NCBI GenBank assembly: GCA_964057225.1
Contig: OZ059897.1
Span: 13,330,001-13,394,000 of the forward strand
DNA from: Auanema rhodensis
Taxonomy: Eukaryota; Animalia; Nematoda
DNA: 64,000 bases
Reading direction: 5' to 3'
Positions within the stretch are counted from its first letter, which is position 1. Each line of letters starts with the position of its first letter. Positions 42,279-54,039 of this stretch are shown here, piece by piece. Under the pieces are notes generated by a model. That model was given only the letters and a program-made list of their open reading frames with translations, did not search any database and was not told the DNA's origin. A program made the position numbers and the translations under genes.

Positions 42279-44795
42279 ATGAGGGTGGCAATTATGCTTT
42301 TTGTACTTCTTAGTTCATTCTTCGTGCATTCGGCATCTATCCTTTCTAGTAGAAGGGATGATGATCTAGTCAAAAAGTTGCCAGGGTTACGTTTTGATCC
42401 CAATTTCAATATATTTTCGGGATATTTAAAAGCTGGGATGGATGGAGCATGGAAAATGCATTATGTGTAGGTTCTAAACTTTTATTAAAAATATATTCAA
42501 TATTTAAAAAGAAATAAAATAAATACATGTATGTCACATAATCATTTCATTCGAAATATGCGATTGAATGTGATAATTTTAAAATTTTAGACTTATGGAA
42601 TCCCAAAATGATTCTGAAAACGATCCCTTAATTGTTTGGTTTAATGGTGGACCAGGCTGTTCCTCTTTCTCAGGTTTATTAACCGAACTTGGGCCCTTCT
42701 ATGTGAATAGAGATGGAGAAACATTATTTGAAAACATCTATGCATGGAATAAGGTATAATCTTCTAATGTTTCCATTGAATGTTTTAATTCAGAAGGCTA
42801 ATGTTCTTGCTCTTGAATCTCCAATTGGCGTAGGATTCTCATATGATACGTTTGATTCTAACTATACTTATGCTCATGATGATCAAACTAATCAGCAGAA
42901 CTATGATGCATTATATGATTTCTTCAAAAAGTAATTAATCTTTATAAGAATAGTTAATTATAGAAATATTATTATCTTTTTTCAGTGTTCGTCCAGATTT
43001 ACAGAAGAATCCCATATTCATTGCTGGTGAATCATATGCTGGAGTTTATGTACCAATGTTAGTTAGTAGTATTATCTCTGGAATAGAAGAAAAAACATTC
43101 CCTTCAATTAATCTGAAAGGAGCTGCTATTGGAAATGGTTTCATGCACGTGCAGCATAGTTACAACTCTCTAGTTGTATGGAGTGCATATCATGGAAGAA
43201 TATCCCCAGAGTAAGCTATAAAGATATAAATAAAAATGAATTATTGCTATTTATAGTAAATGGGATAAAGCTAAAGATGTATGTCGAACTGGAGGTCTTA
43301 TTGATCATGATAAGTATGATTATGTTAAATTCATGTATTCTTCAAATGGAATGGATTATAAAGCTAATACTTCAACTGAATGTGGAAAGATAATTGATAA
43401 ACTTATAACTGATTATGAGTTTAATATAAATTTCTTGATCTGTTTTATAATTTTTTTTGCAGAGGAAAAAATGTTGGTTTCAATGCTTATAATTATTATC
43501 AAGATTGTTATAATCTTGACGAAAAACTTCAAATGAATCTCCAACATATTTTAAACAATTCTGATCATGAAAATCCATCTGTAAGTTATATTTTAGTTTA
43601 TCAATTCTATTCAATTATTAATTTTATAGTTATATATTAATCATGAATCAACTGATTCAGTATTAGGATATCCATGTTGGAGTGAAGATGCTATTTCTTC
43701 TTATTTGAATAAACAAGATGTTCAGGTAAACTAAAAATTTCTTTTAAAATCTTCTGAAACAATTTCTTATCTGATTCATCTTTTGTAAACAAAACTATTG
43801 ATAGGATGCTCTTCATATCGACAAAAAATGGCAAAAGCGAAAACAGGATTGGGAAGGATGCAAGTACGTTCATATTTTATATTTTTTGAAATTAAATTCT
43901 AATAATTAATATTTATAGTGATGACATATACGATCAATACAAGATGAGTAATCCAAATATGAATAAATATTTTATGAATATTTTCAAAAAACTCAAAGTA
44001 ATTTATTTAAAATTAAATTTTTTTGATAAAAAAATAATTATTTCAGATTGATGATTTTCGTTTCTTAATATATACAGGTGATGTTGATACTGTATGTAAT
44101 TTCTTAGGAACTTCTTGGTTTATGCGTGATGTTGCTCATGAGAACAACATGACATCAACTGAAAGAAGTGAATGGATGTTTACTGATGAAATAGCCGGAT
44201 ACAATCAACATTATTTCGGAAAAAATACTGAAGGAAAAACTTATAATATTGATGTTCTTACTGTTAAGGTATTTGTTTTTTTCATTTTTATTTTGTAATA
44301 ATAAAACTTATTTATGAATATTATTAGGGTGCTGGACATTTTGTTCCAACTGATAGACCAGGACCAGCTTTACAAATGATTACAAACTTCATGCACCATG
44401 ATTCAAAAGAGCCTGTTGATTATTCATCAACATATCATATTAGTTATAATCAAATAGTAAAATTTTTTAGATATTCTATACAGAAAGTTCCTTAAAATTT
44501 ACAGGTCAAGCCAGATAATCATGAAGGAAAAACAAATGTTAACTCGATTGATCCTGTTAAGAAAATACCGTCCGATAACGTAGTAATCCATAAACTTGAT
44601 GGATCTACTTCTGATAGTAATGTAACTTATAATGTTTCATCCCATATATCAACAAATCAATATAATAAAGGAAATTCTGGCCAACCTAGCTCAACATTGA
44701 ACACCGAATCGGACGAATCTACGACAAAGAGAAGTACAACCTGCTCAACTTGTGTTGCAATCATTGTCATAATATTAACTTTAATTCAATTATGA
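42279..44795 (+). CDS. Serine carboxypeptidase S10 (cathepsin A-like) with Ser/Thr/Asn-rich stalk and hydrophobic GPI-type C-terminus, ~622 aa, 12 exons
   Basis: Exons 42279-42466, 42591-42753, 42794-42930, 42986-43210, 43257-43418, 43463-43580, 43630-43725, 43805-43863, 43919-43997, 44047-44268, 44328-44456, 44505-44795 are in frame. Motifs: [35 protein letters not shown] (catalytic Ser), GDVDTVCN (Asp), [12 protein letters not shown] (His). Signal peptide present; AATAAA at 44835. Confidence 0.95.
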
Positions 44796-45311
44796 TAATT
44801 TAAATATATTTTGTATAATTGATATAGTTTGTTTAATAAATTTAATTTTTTTATTCTTTAAATATTATTCGGAACAGGAACTATTGAAAAGAAATATCTT
44901 AGATAACTAAGAAACAAGAAAAAAGATTCAAATGTGAAGTGAGATGTGTTAAGTTGTTCAGGCATTTCTCACATCCGTTCGACCTCTTCTTATTTATTTC
45001 TTAGCTTCTTCTCGTTTTCATTTCTTCTTTTTATCCTCATTTCAGCTCTATATTACTCTTTTCTCTATCTTCCTAAGTTTTCTTTTTTTATTTTTCTCTC
45101 CTTTAGCTCTCTTCCATTTCGTTTATCTATACTTGATATATCATGGATGAAAGAGAGAGGATGCTACAACTGCAACTGCTGACGACTTGACTCGACAATG
45201 GCATCAGTAGGCAACAGCAGGACACAGAGAAAAATCCCCGTACCTTCCTGATAACTATGGCAGCTGTCAGCTTCGGCTCATCGTTTCGCCATTTAGCAGG
45301 CGACCTCAGCC

Positions 45312-47723
45312 ATGCGCCCGCTACTACTATTTCTGCTTCTAGCCATCACAGGGTAAAATTATTGTTGATTTCGATTTATATGTAATACATTTTCAACTTA
45401 TGTGAGTGATTTCAGAGTACTATCGAATTCGCCTAAGATTTTCCGTTCACGTAAACTGAGCACAGAAAGCCAAGTAATCAGCCGAATTTTATCGGAGTAC
45501 GATGCTCATTCGCGTCCACCAGTACGAGGTTGTGTCGGCAGAGTTCCATTCATTCTCTGTTTCAAAGGTCCATCATCATAACATCTGCATATATAGCTAA
45601 CAGCCCTTTTTGGCATTTCAACGAATCATATCATGTCTTTCAATTTTTCTGTAAAAAAACTGAAAACTATCTAGATTTTCTCTAATCAGATATCAGAAAA
45701 AGGAAAGATCTATGAATGACGTTCTGCTTCCTTAGTTCGCCTGCCCGTTACTGTTATAGTAAAATTCTTGGTGTATTCAATATAATTCTTATAATAATTA
45801 AGAATATTTATAATTAATTGTACTGACATAATTGTTTAAAATGAAAAGAAGAAAATAATAAGTCAAATCAGGTATAATACAGCATGAGCAAGATTAATAT
45901 TATTTTTTTTTGTTTTTTTTTTCCTTTAATTTTAGTTTATTATTTTTGAAAATATTGGTTGTAAGTTGAAAAATAATACTCATGTTTTCAGATAGTGCTG
46001 ATCACTCTGCTATCCTTGTCATCGCTAATATTTACGTGAATCGTGTAAAATGGCATGGAGATAGAGCTGTATGTTGAAAGATTTTTTATGAAATTGGACA
46101 AAAAAAATAATTGAAGGAAGTAGATTTGTATCTCCGACAGCAGTGGGAAGATAGTCGCCTAGTTTATGCTGTAGATCAAAGAGAAGGAATCGAAGAAGTA
46201 CCGCATATTCTCATCAGCTAACTCAAATAATTTGAAAAGTTTAGGTTTCATTGCCCAAAAATCAAAAAATTTGGAGACCTGATACCTATTTCTCCAGCGG
46301 TCGTGAAGATGATAAGAACCCATCATTGCAAAGTGCCGTTGTTGAACCATCAGGCTATGTTCGAGCTTCAGAACAGTAAGTTTTCAGCTTCATAAGTAGA
46401 TGTGCGCTACAGCTGTGTACTACTATAAAGGCGTTTCATATGTGTGGTGTACATAAGATTTTCTTTTTGTCTTCCCCAAGCAACAAAAAGATTTTGTAAA
46501 GTCGGCTGTCGCAACAAAGTCGTTGTAAAGAATCTCTCATGCACATTGGTGCTAAAGTAAATTATTTAGAACTAAAAAATGTTCTATAAAAGGCTAAAAT
46601 TAATTAAAAAACTTATTAATAATCAATATTTCAAATGAATTTGTTAGAATTTTAAAAATTTCAGGAGAACTATTGATGTTCCAGTTACTCATGGAAGTTC
46701 TTTCCCATTCTTGAACACAAAAACAATTAACCTTAAGTTGGCTAGTTGTTAGTTTAAATTATTTAAAATCTTATAAACGTTTTATAAACTTCAGATCAAT
46801 ATCCAGCTGAAGATATTATATACATGTGGGCTAACTCTCCACCTCTTGTTAATCCAGTTGAAGTAAGTTATAGATAATCAATTATCATGTGTTTATTTCT
46901 TTATAAGGTTTCACAAGATCTTCTTATTGGACCAATTACCTTTGAAGAAGCTTCTGCTGGTGATTGCAGTGGTAACTATTCTGTCGGTGAGTTTTTCTTC
47001 TATGAGTTGTAATTAACATTATCTCGATTGCAGGCACATTCTCTTGCATTGATGTTACCATCACTTTCTCCGGAAGTGTTTTCGGATCTCTTTGCTCATG
47101 GTTCTTGCCATCAGTTTTCCTTGTAAAATTCAAAAACAAACACTATCAATTATCATTTTCTCTGTTTACAGGTTGTAGCTTCATGGCTACACTTCTGGGT
47201 TCATGGCAGTTGGTCAGTACCACGTACAGCTTCTGCTGCTCTTCCTTTCATGATTTTCGCAGTCCTCTTCGTAAACTTTGCTAATACTTAACCAAATGTC
47301 ATATTTTAAACTTTTAGATTTTCCATGCTGACATTGTAAATTCATCACCTTCTGTAGGATTATGGTACAGCTTCTGTTTGATTATGACATTCTTCTCATT
47401 TGTAAGTTAAAATTAAAAAATTTCTATTCTGAATGTAATATACAGGTTGAATACTTCTTCGTCATATGCTGTGGAGGACGCCGTACAGTCAGACTAGCAT
47501 CAACTGGTCATCCTGAAGATCATCCAATAGGGAATGACAAACAGGTATATCTTCAAACCAAAAATAAAGCTTCAAAATCTTGATATTCCAGGTTTCTGAG
47601 GTCGTATACGATACTAGTTGTGTTTCTTTTCGACGAAACAATGGTCTCGATATCATTTCACGTATTCTTTTCCCGATTCTTTTTATTATTTTCCTCATTA
47701 TCTATTTTCTTTGTCTGATTTAA
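45312..47723 (+). CDS. lgc-34: Divergent pentameric ligand-gated ion channel subunit lacking the Cys-loop cysteines (lgc-34-like), ~391 aa, 13 exons
   Basis: Exons 45312-45352, 45416-45528, 45992-46068, 46117-46197, 46245-46375, 46665-46747, 46795-46862, 46908-46986, 47034-47122, 47172-47270, 47318-47401, 47446-47544, 47592-47723 total 1176 nt. pLGIC motifs: YDAHSRPP, LYLRQQWEDSRL, IWRPDTYF, FPF loop, loop-C pair DCSGNYSVGTFSC, M1 WFLPSVFLVVASWLHFW, M3 ending VEY, M4 LDIISRILFP. Symbol is from recalled similarity. Confidence 0.88.
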
Positions 47724-49484
47724 AAGTTCAAAATATTTATTACAAACTGATCTTTCATATCTTCATAGGTTAAATGCTCGTTTGCTTCAAATACAAAGTT
47801 TCAATCAATCATATCTTAATCGATATATTCAGCTTTGTATGTATAAATATATAATAAAAGATATTAGAAAATCAAGAATAGAATATTAAATGTAAAATTA
47901 TATTTATATAATTAATAAATAATTATATACTACATGTATATCTTTATATTTTTTTTTTAAAAAGAAGGTTGTTACAATTTTTTTATCATTCTTAAATATG
48001 ATATCTGGAACATTTAAGACACAGAAAATAGATATTTTAATTTATAATGTTGACCAATTTGCAAATCAGATCATATCTATGTCTCAGGTTTCATCTTTAA
48101 CGTTTTTTTTTCCTTAATTACTGATCCATATCCAAAGACATTTTTTGAAATATTCTTTTATAAAATTAAAAGAAAAGGATATTCAATTAGAATTATTGAA
48201 AAATCAGATAATTTGTATTCGAAAATTTAACAAAAAAAATCTTTTTATTCTATTCCGTTAAATTATTCACAGAAAAAAAAGGCAATTCAATAAAATATAT
48301 TGAAACAGATGAATTATGGAAAAAAAATTTGAAAGTGATAGTATTGAGGTCATGTTCACAGTTTTTGTGATTTTCCAAAAATCTTCGACGTACGTATCAG
48401 CTGCGTTTCTGTAAAGGATAAACTGTCTTCAGATTAGTAGAAAAGAAAAAGAAAACGAGAAATTATTTTAAATCCTATTAATGAATGATTTGATGTAAAT
48501 TATTGCTGAAAAGTGATAAAAAATGTTTTATTTAAGTTTCTTCGGGAAATAAAGTTTAAATTCAAAGTTTAATTCTATAATTGATTGATAGGATTTGTTT
48601 CGTTTCCTAATTTAGAAAAATGATTAGATGATTCAAGAATTTATTGAAAAATTCTGATATTTTTCTAACTTATACTGAATTTGAACTAAGTTAAGCTTGA
48701 ACCTGCATGAATTAAGCATAACCTTCAATAATCACTTTTCCAAAACAATATTTTCATTTCAGACTATATAAGGCACCATGAAACATTTCATGGTTATCAC
48801 ATATAATTGATAATCACATCAAAGATTTCATCGAACATGGGATCATCTGCAAATGACTGAACATCGTATCTCCATGAAGTCTTTATTCGGTGATCCGATT
48901 TAGGCAGATATCTCTCATACTGACATGCATTTTCGCTTTTGTTTCCATTCTTAGAATCTGTCAAAAGAGCTTGACATGATACATCAGGTCAAGCATTCTC
49001 GACCTGGCTATCAACCAGTTTCTGTCACCTCATTGTTTCATCCTGAAAAGTCAAATTTTATGACTTCATATTGCTCTGATAATCTTTCATCTGCATTTAT
49101 CTTCATCTCTCCCATTTCCATGTACCATAATCTCTGTTTTTGATTTCTCCTCCCCTTTTACCCTTCAACACCCATCATCCCTGCTTTCACTTACACCCAC
49201 CTATTCAACAATATCCTACAGGCACTTTCGCTCTCGATTATTAGTCGTCTTCCTTTCTCACTGGATTATCAGTAGCTCAAACTGGGACATCCTGCCTCCT
49301 CCCCTATTCATTGTTTCATCCTCCTTAATCTTGCCCTGATCTCAGTCAGTGTCTTCAGCTTCTGAAGTAGAAGCAAGTGTCAACCATTTAAACCTATCCA
49401 TATTATTTTCGAACATATTTTAGTATTTTCTTATTCTTACAATGTGTTTGAAATTTTTATTTTTCCCTTTTTCTTTTATAGACT

Positions 49485-51687
49485 ATGTGGAAGCTTTGTG
49501 CTGCCCTACTGGCCACTGTTCACTTAGCATCTGCTGCTACTTGCGGTGGATCATCTATTCCATTCCGTTTTGAGGTGAACCATTGACTCCAATCCAATTA
49601 TAAATATTTTTATTAAAGGTTTTGCCTTCGGGTACACCTGTTTTGGGATGTGGATCTCCTCAATGTTTTGGAGCTGAAAACGGTGGGCGTAATGTTCTTC
49701 ATGACACCAAATTCAATGTAAATTTTATTTTTAATAATTTAGTTTTCATTATATTTTCATGAACTTATTCAATTCTTTTTCTAATATTCAGGTAGGACCT
49801 GATGGAGAAGATGGTTTTATACGTGATGGTGACATGTCAAAAAGCCGTTCACGCTACAGTGACGCTCCATCCCAGATTGCTGATTGTCCTTCTGGATTCG
49901 ATTCTCAAAGTTGTGTTAATCCACTCACCTGGGTCGGAGGGTTCATTGCAAAGCCAGATGGAAGGTATGAAAAGAATTCAAAATTATATCATCTAAAACT
50001 ATACTTTAGTTTATCTCTTCAATGCTGTCACTACAGCGGACTCAGATTCGGAGCTGAAGTTGGTAGACCAATCGTCCACGCGGGAGAAGTTTACTCCGGA
50101 GGTTTGTTTCAAAATAATTAGATATAACCAGCATGAACAAACTTTAACTTCATTTTAGGAGAAGTTCTTCGCGATGGTAGACAAACAGGATTTGATCTTA
50201 TCTCCAACATTAAGAAAATTGAAACTGATGATGGCTCGTATGTTTATTATTATAAATATATGAATACTATTTTTCTCTTTATTCTAGTATTTCTTATGAA
50301 CTAACTGTCACCAGAATGAACTGCCTTCCTGACCCACCTGAGGTTATCAACGACGGTAATACTCAGAAGTCCATATGTGATGTTTAACATTCAAAACTTC
50401 AGTTAACCTTGATGCTTCTAACGAGATCAGCCGTATTCTCGATAAAGTTGGAGAAATTCAGCATCATCAAGTTCAACAATCCCCACCACCTTCTGATAGC
50501 TCTCAAGGACTTGCTCCAATCAGCCCTGGAGCCTACGAAACCAATAACATCCAACAAGATACTTATCCTCAACCACAGCAACCACAAGATGAGCCACAGC
50601 AAGAACAATTTGTACAAGTGAGTATAGTTAACTTATGAAAATCATATTAACTAATCAAAATCAAAAATATTTAAAAACTTTTATCTTATTCTTGGGTTAC
50701 GTAAAACTTTAAAAGTTTGCCTAAGCCCCCTAAGGTCTAAGTTCACGTGATCAAGCATGCGTATATACATACATATAGTTGTCGTTATGAAACTTTACTT
50801 CTATTTTGAAATTTAGGTCGGAGAGCAAGTTGTTCCAGTCACTGAAGCTGGATATTACTACCCCGTTGCTTCCGGAATTCCTGCTTGCTTTACTGGTGAT
50901 ACTCTCATTGATACTCCAGCTGGACAAAAGCGTATGGATGAATTACTAATTGGAGATCTCGTTTTAACAACAAGCAACAACGAAGTAAACAATTAATTTA
51001 TAAAAATATCAAAATTAAAATAATAATTTACAGTACACTTTCACCCCTGTTCTATCATTCATGCATCGCCTTGCTGATGTTAAGGCTTCTTTCATCAAGG
51101 TTGAAACATCAAGCAACTATTTGAAATTGACCCCACAACATTTCATCTACAGGGTTTGCAACATTACTATTGTTTCAATTTATACATTATATTTTCAGAC
51201 ATCATGCAATGACACTACCAAGAGTGAAATGGTTTATGCTGAAGACATCAAGGTTGGAGATTGCTTATTTGAAACATCAACTTTAGAAGATCAAGGTACA
51301 TCATGATATAACTCATATCATTTAGCATATACATCATTTAAGCTATGAACATCGTTCCTGTAATCAAGACATCTGTCGTACGTGAGACTGGTGTCTATGC
51401 TCCGATGACTTCTACAGGAGATCTTATTGTCAACAATATATATGCTTCTTGTCACAACGTTATTAAGGCTTCATCCCTGACACACACTTTCCTCAACCTC
51501 GCTACATCAGTTCAAAGCAAAGTAAGTGTTGAATCTCTTGTTTAATCAATCATAAGTAATATAACCAAATACAAACATTTAATTTTAGTTGAGATCAATC
51601 TTTGGTGGTGTCGATGATGGTCATCTCCCAGCTACCTCTGAATTCTTCCTCCAAGTCATAGATTACATCATTCCACACAAATACTAA
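49485..51687 (+). CDS. wrt-1: Warthog protein 1: signal peptide, Wart domain, Gln/Pro linker, Hint (Hog) autoprocessing domain, ~492 aa, 12 exons
   Basis: Exons 49485-49574, 49619-49717, 49792-49964, 50010-50101, 50159-50237, 50288-50355, 50403-50617, 50817-50984, 51034-51153, 51199-51295, 51343-51521, 51589-51687. Sequences CGGSSIPFRFEVLPSGTPVLGCGSPQCFG, LQCCHYSGLRF, GEVLRDGRQTGFD, YYYPVASGIPA/CFTGD, TPQH, TGVYAPMT, GHLPATSEFF...PHKY* closely match my recollection of C. elegans WRT-1. Confidence 0.95.
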
Positions 51688-52249
51688 GAAATGTTTCGAT
51701 TATTCGAAGAAGTGGAAGAGAATATTACATTTGAAATTCTCTCGCTGCCCATCAACGTGCAATTTGTCTTTTGACAGGGTACAACTAATAAATTCCTAAT
51801 AAACTAAACTATAACATGAAAATATATATTTTCAATTAATAAATTTGATGAATTTTAATTATTGTTCTTTATTTTATGTATAAAAATTATGAAAAAATTT
51901 AAGAATTGCTAATACTACTTAAATATAAAATCTTGTCCAAGTTTGGAACAGAAAAAATGGAATCGGGTCACACCAATCAAAAAAATCTGATGATAGTTAG
52001 AATAGATCAAAATTTCAATTTAGTCTTTTATAAAAATAAAAAGAATATCTTTTTTAGAATTTTAGACATAGTTTGTTCACTAGAGTTTACATAAACTTCA
52101 GCTTGTTGTAATAGATTAGAACATTTTCTATTTGAAAGTTCATACTCGTACGGAAGTTCATCCTAGCAAAACAGGGCATTGTCCTCATTCCAAAGTTTCC
52201 AACAAAGTCTCTTATCACACTCTGACTAGGAAAATCACGAAAAATCAGT

Positions 52250-52440
52250 GATGTATTGGCCTACTATTTGACTCGAGATGGGCGTCAGTAGTCGTATTGT
52301 GTGGGTCAAGGCCATCAGACGTTATGATGTCGTCGTCGTTGTGGTTGTCTCACCGTGGTGGAACTAACCGACCTCACCACACTTAGTCCCACAAGCGTTA
52401 TCTTTGTCGCACGTGCTCTGTTGGTTTATCTGTCAGTATA
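52250..52440 (+). promoter_or_regulatory. GC-rich putative wrt-10 enhancer with overlapping TGGGTCA / TCAAGGCCA nuclear-receptor sites and GATA sites
   Basis: TGGGTCA 52302-52308 overlaps TCAAGGCCA 52306-52314; TTATCT at 52398 and 52426; GC island ~230-420 bp upstream of the wrt-10 ATG. Confidence 0.5.
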
Positions 52441-52671
52441 TGTGTTGTACTCATGTTTTCTTATTTTTCTTTATATTTTGAAACTTATGTTGTAAAAAAA
52501 ATAATTTTCTTCATTTCTTTATATTTGTTTTATTCAAATTTACAAAATATATTAGCTAAATATTTAAACAAATGAAATATTCTTCTGTAATTTTTATAAT
52601 TTGAAAATCCTCTTTTTCTTTTTTCTTCATTTTTTTATCCTAAACCCTCATTAACTTAAAACTCTTTAAGC

Positions 52672-54039
52672 ATGCTCGCTCTAGTCGTTCTTGCCGTTTT
52701 AGCTACTGGCATTTCAGCTGTCACTCCAGTTCAAGGAATTAGATGTGCTCCAAATCAGGTGAATAATATTATTGAAATGCATTTTTTCTTTAACATTCTT
52801 ATTAAATCAGAAAAGCTTGTCATGAATTATTTTATGATGATTACTTTTAATAATTCTTTATAATTCAAAATTCAAAATCAAATATTAGTAATAGAAAAAG
52901 AGAAAAATCATTTTCTATATTAATTATTCTTATTTTAGGTTATCAATAGGTTGACAGTTTACGAGGATGGTGCTTTAGAAGCTGAATGTGGCCCCATTCC
53001 ATGCGGGGAATCTGGAGCAAGGTCTTTTCTCTTAGAATTATCATTAAAAAAGGAGCGACAAAACATAAGAGTCTCATACAGCTACCCTGACCTATTACGA
53101 ATTTCCAAAAAAAATACAAGAAAAAGTTCCTTTCACAGAAAAAATAACATTCAATATTAAAAACAAATATAAAATAAAAATATAAATATGTATTTCAGAT
53201 GCATTGAAGATCAAACTTCTTGCCGTGCTGAAACCGATGTCTTCTCCGGAATGCGTTGGGCTGCCAATGGACAAAGGTACGCATTTTGATACGTCTCTCT
53301 TCAATCAATTCTCTTTTATTTTTGTTCTAAATTTGAATATCTTACTGATTCATCTGTCATTGTTTTTCAGTCTTCTTCTCCGTTGCTGTACTCTTAAGAC
53401 ATCAAACAAGATCTACGTCGGAACTGATCTCGTATCCACTGGATCTTATTATCAAGGAGGGCCAGTTGCCCAAAAAGACCTTTATGGAAACGATGGACCT
53501 GAATATGACTTCATCGCTAATGTTCGCACTGAACAGTATGTGTCAAAAGGGCAATTATTTCACTGAATTGAACCTATTTTCAGAGGAGGAGTACGCGTCT
53601 GGGTTTACAGAATCATGTGTGCTGCTGGAGAGACTGTACCAAGAAGAATTCAAGCTGTAGAACCAACTTTCAGGTAAATTCTTATTAAGTCAAAATAGAA
53701 ATAACTAATAAGCAATTTATAGACCAGTTTCTTCTGCTGTAAAGGAGGAGGTCAAGCCTGTCCGTGAAGAAGTAGTTACTGAAGATGAAGAGGAAGAGGA
53801 AGAGGATGAGACTGAAACTGAGACCGAGGCTGAGGAAACAGAAGAGGAAACCACCGAGGTTAGATAACTTTTTTTTTAATTTTCAAATTTTATTTAATGA
53901 GCAACAGTAATACACAATCATATAAACAAATCCAATAATTCTTAATTTAACATTATTTTTAAAAAAACAATTTCAGAAAGCCGATGATGTTCCATTCAAC
54001 CCACTCCGCTACAGACCACCACAAGCCCACAGAGCTTAA
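52672..54039 (+). CDS. wrt-10: Warthog protein 10: signal peptide, Wart domain, acidic tail, no Hint domain, ~233 aa, 7 exons
   Basis: Exons 52672-52758, 52939-53021, 53199-53276, 53371-53535, 53584-53673, 53723-53858, 53977-54039. Sequences LTVYEDGALEAECGPIPCGE, CIEDQTSCRAETDVFSGMRW, LLRCCT, EYDFIANVRTEQGGVRVWVYRIMC, poly-Glu/Thr tract and NPLRYRPP tail match my recollection of C. elegans WRT-10. Confidence 0.94.

Noticed and set aside
44795-45312. Operon linking the carboxypeptidase and channel (also considered for wrt-1/wrt-10)
   Set aside because: Poly(A)-to-acceptor distances (~450 and ~850 bp) exceed the typical ~100 bp, and each downstream gene has its own GC-rich promoter-like island. 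SL2 data would be needed.
50719-50741. GCCTAA-like degenerate telomeric repeats in a wrt-1 intron
   Set aside because: Only one exact unit; too short to call an interstitial telomere or break site.
51447-51461. SCHN at the end of the Hint domain as an intein His-Asn splice junction
   Set aside because: By alignment the intein H-N positions correspond to S-C. The HN lies two residues later and is followed by Val rather than Cys/Ser/Thr, so protein splicing is not supported.
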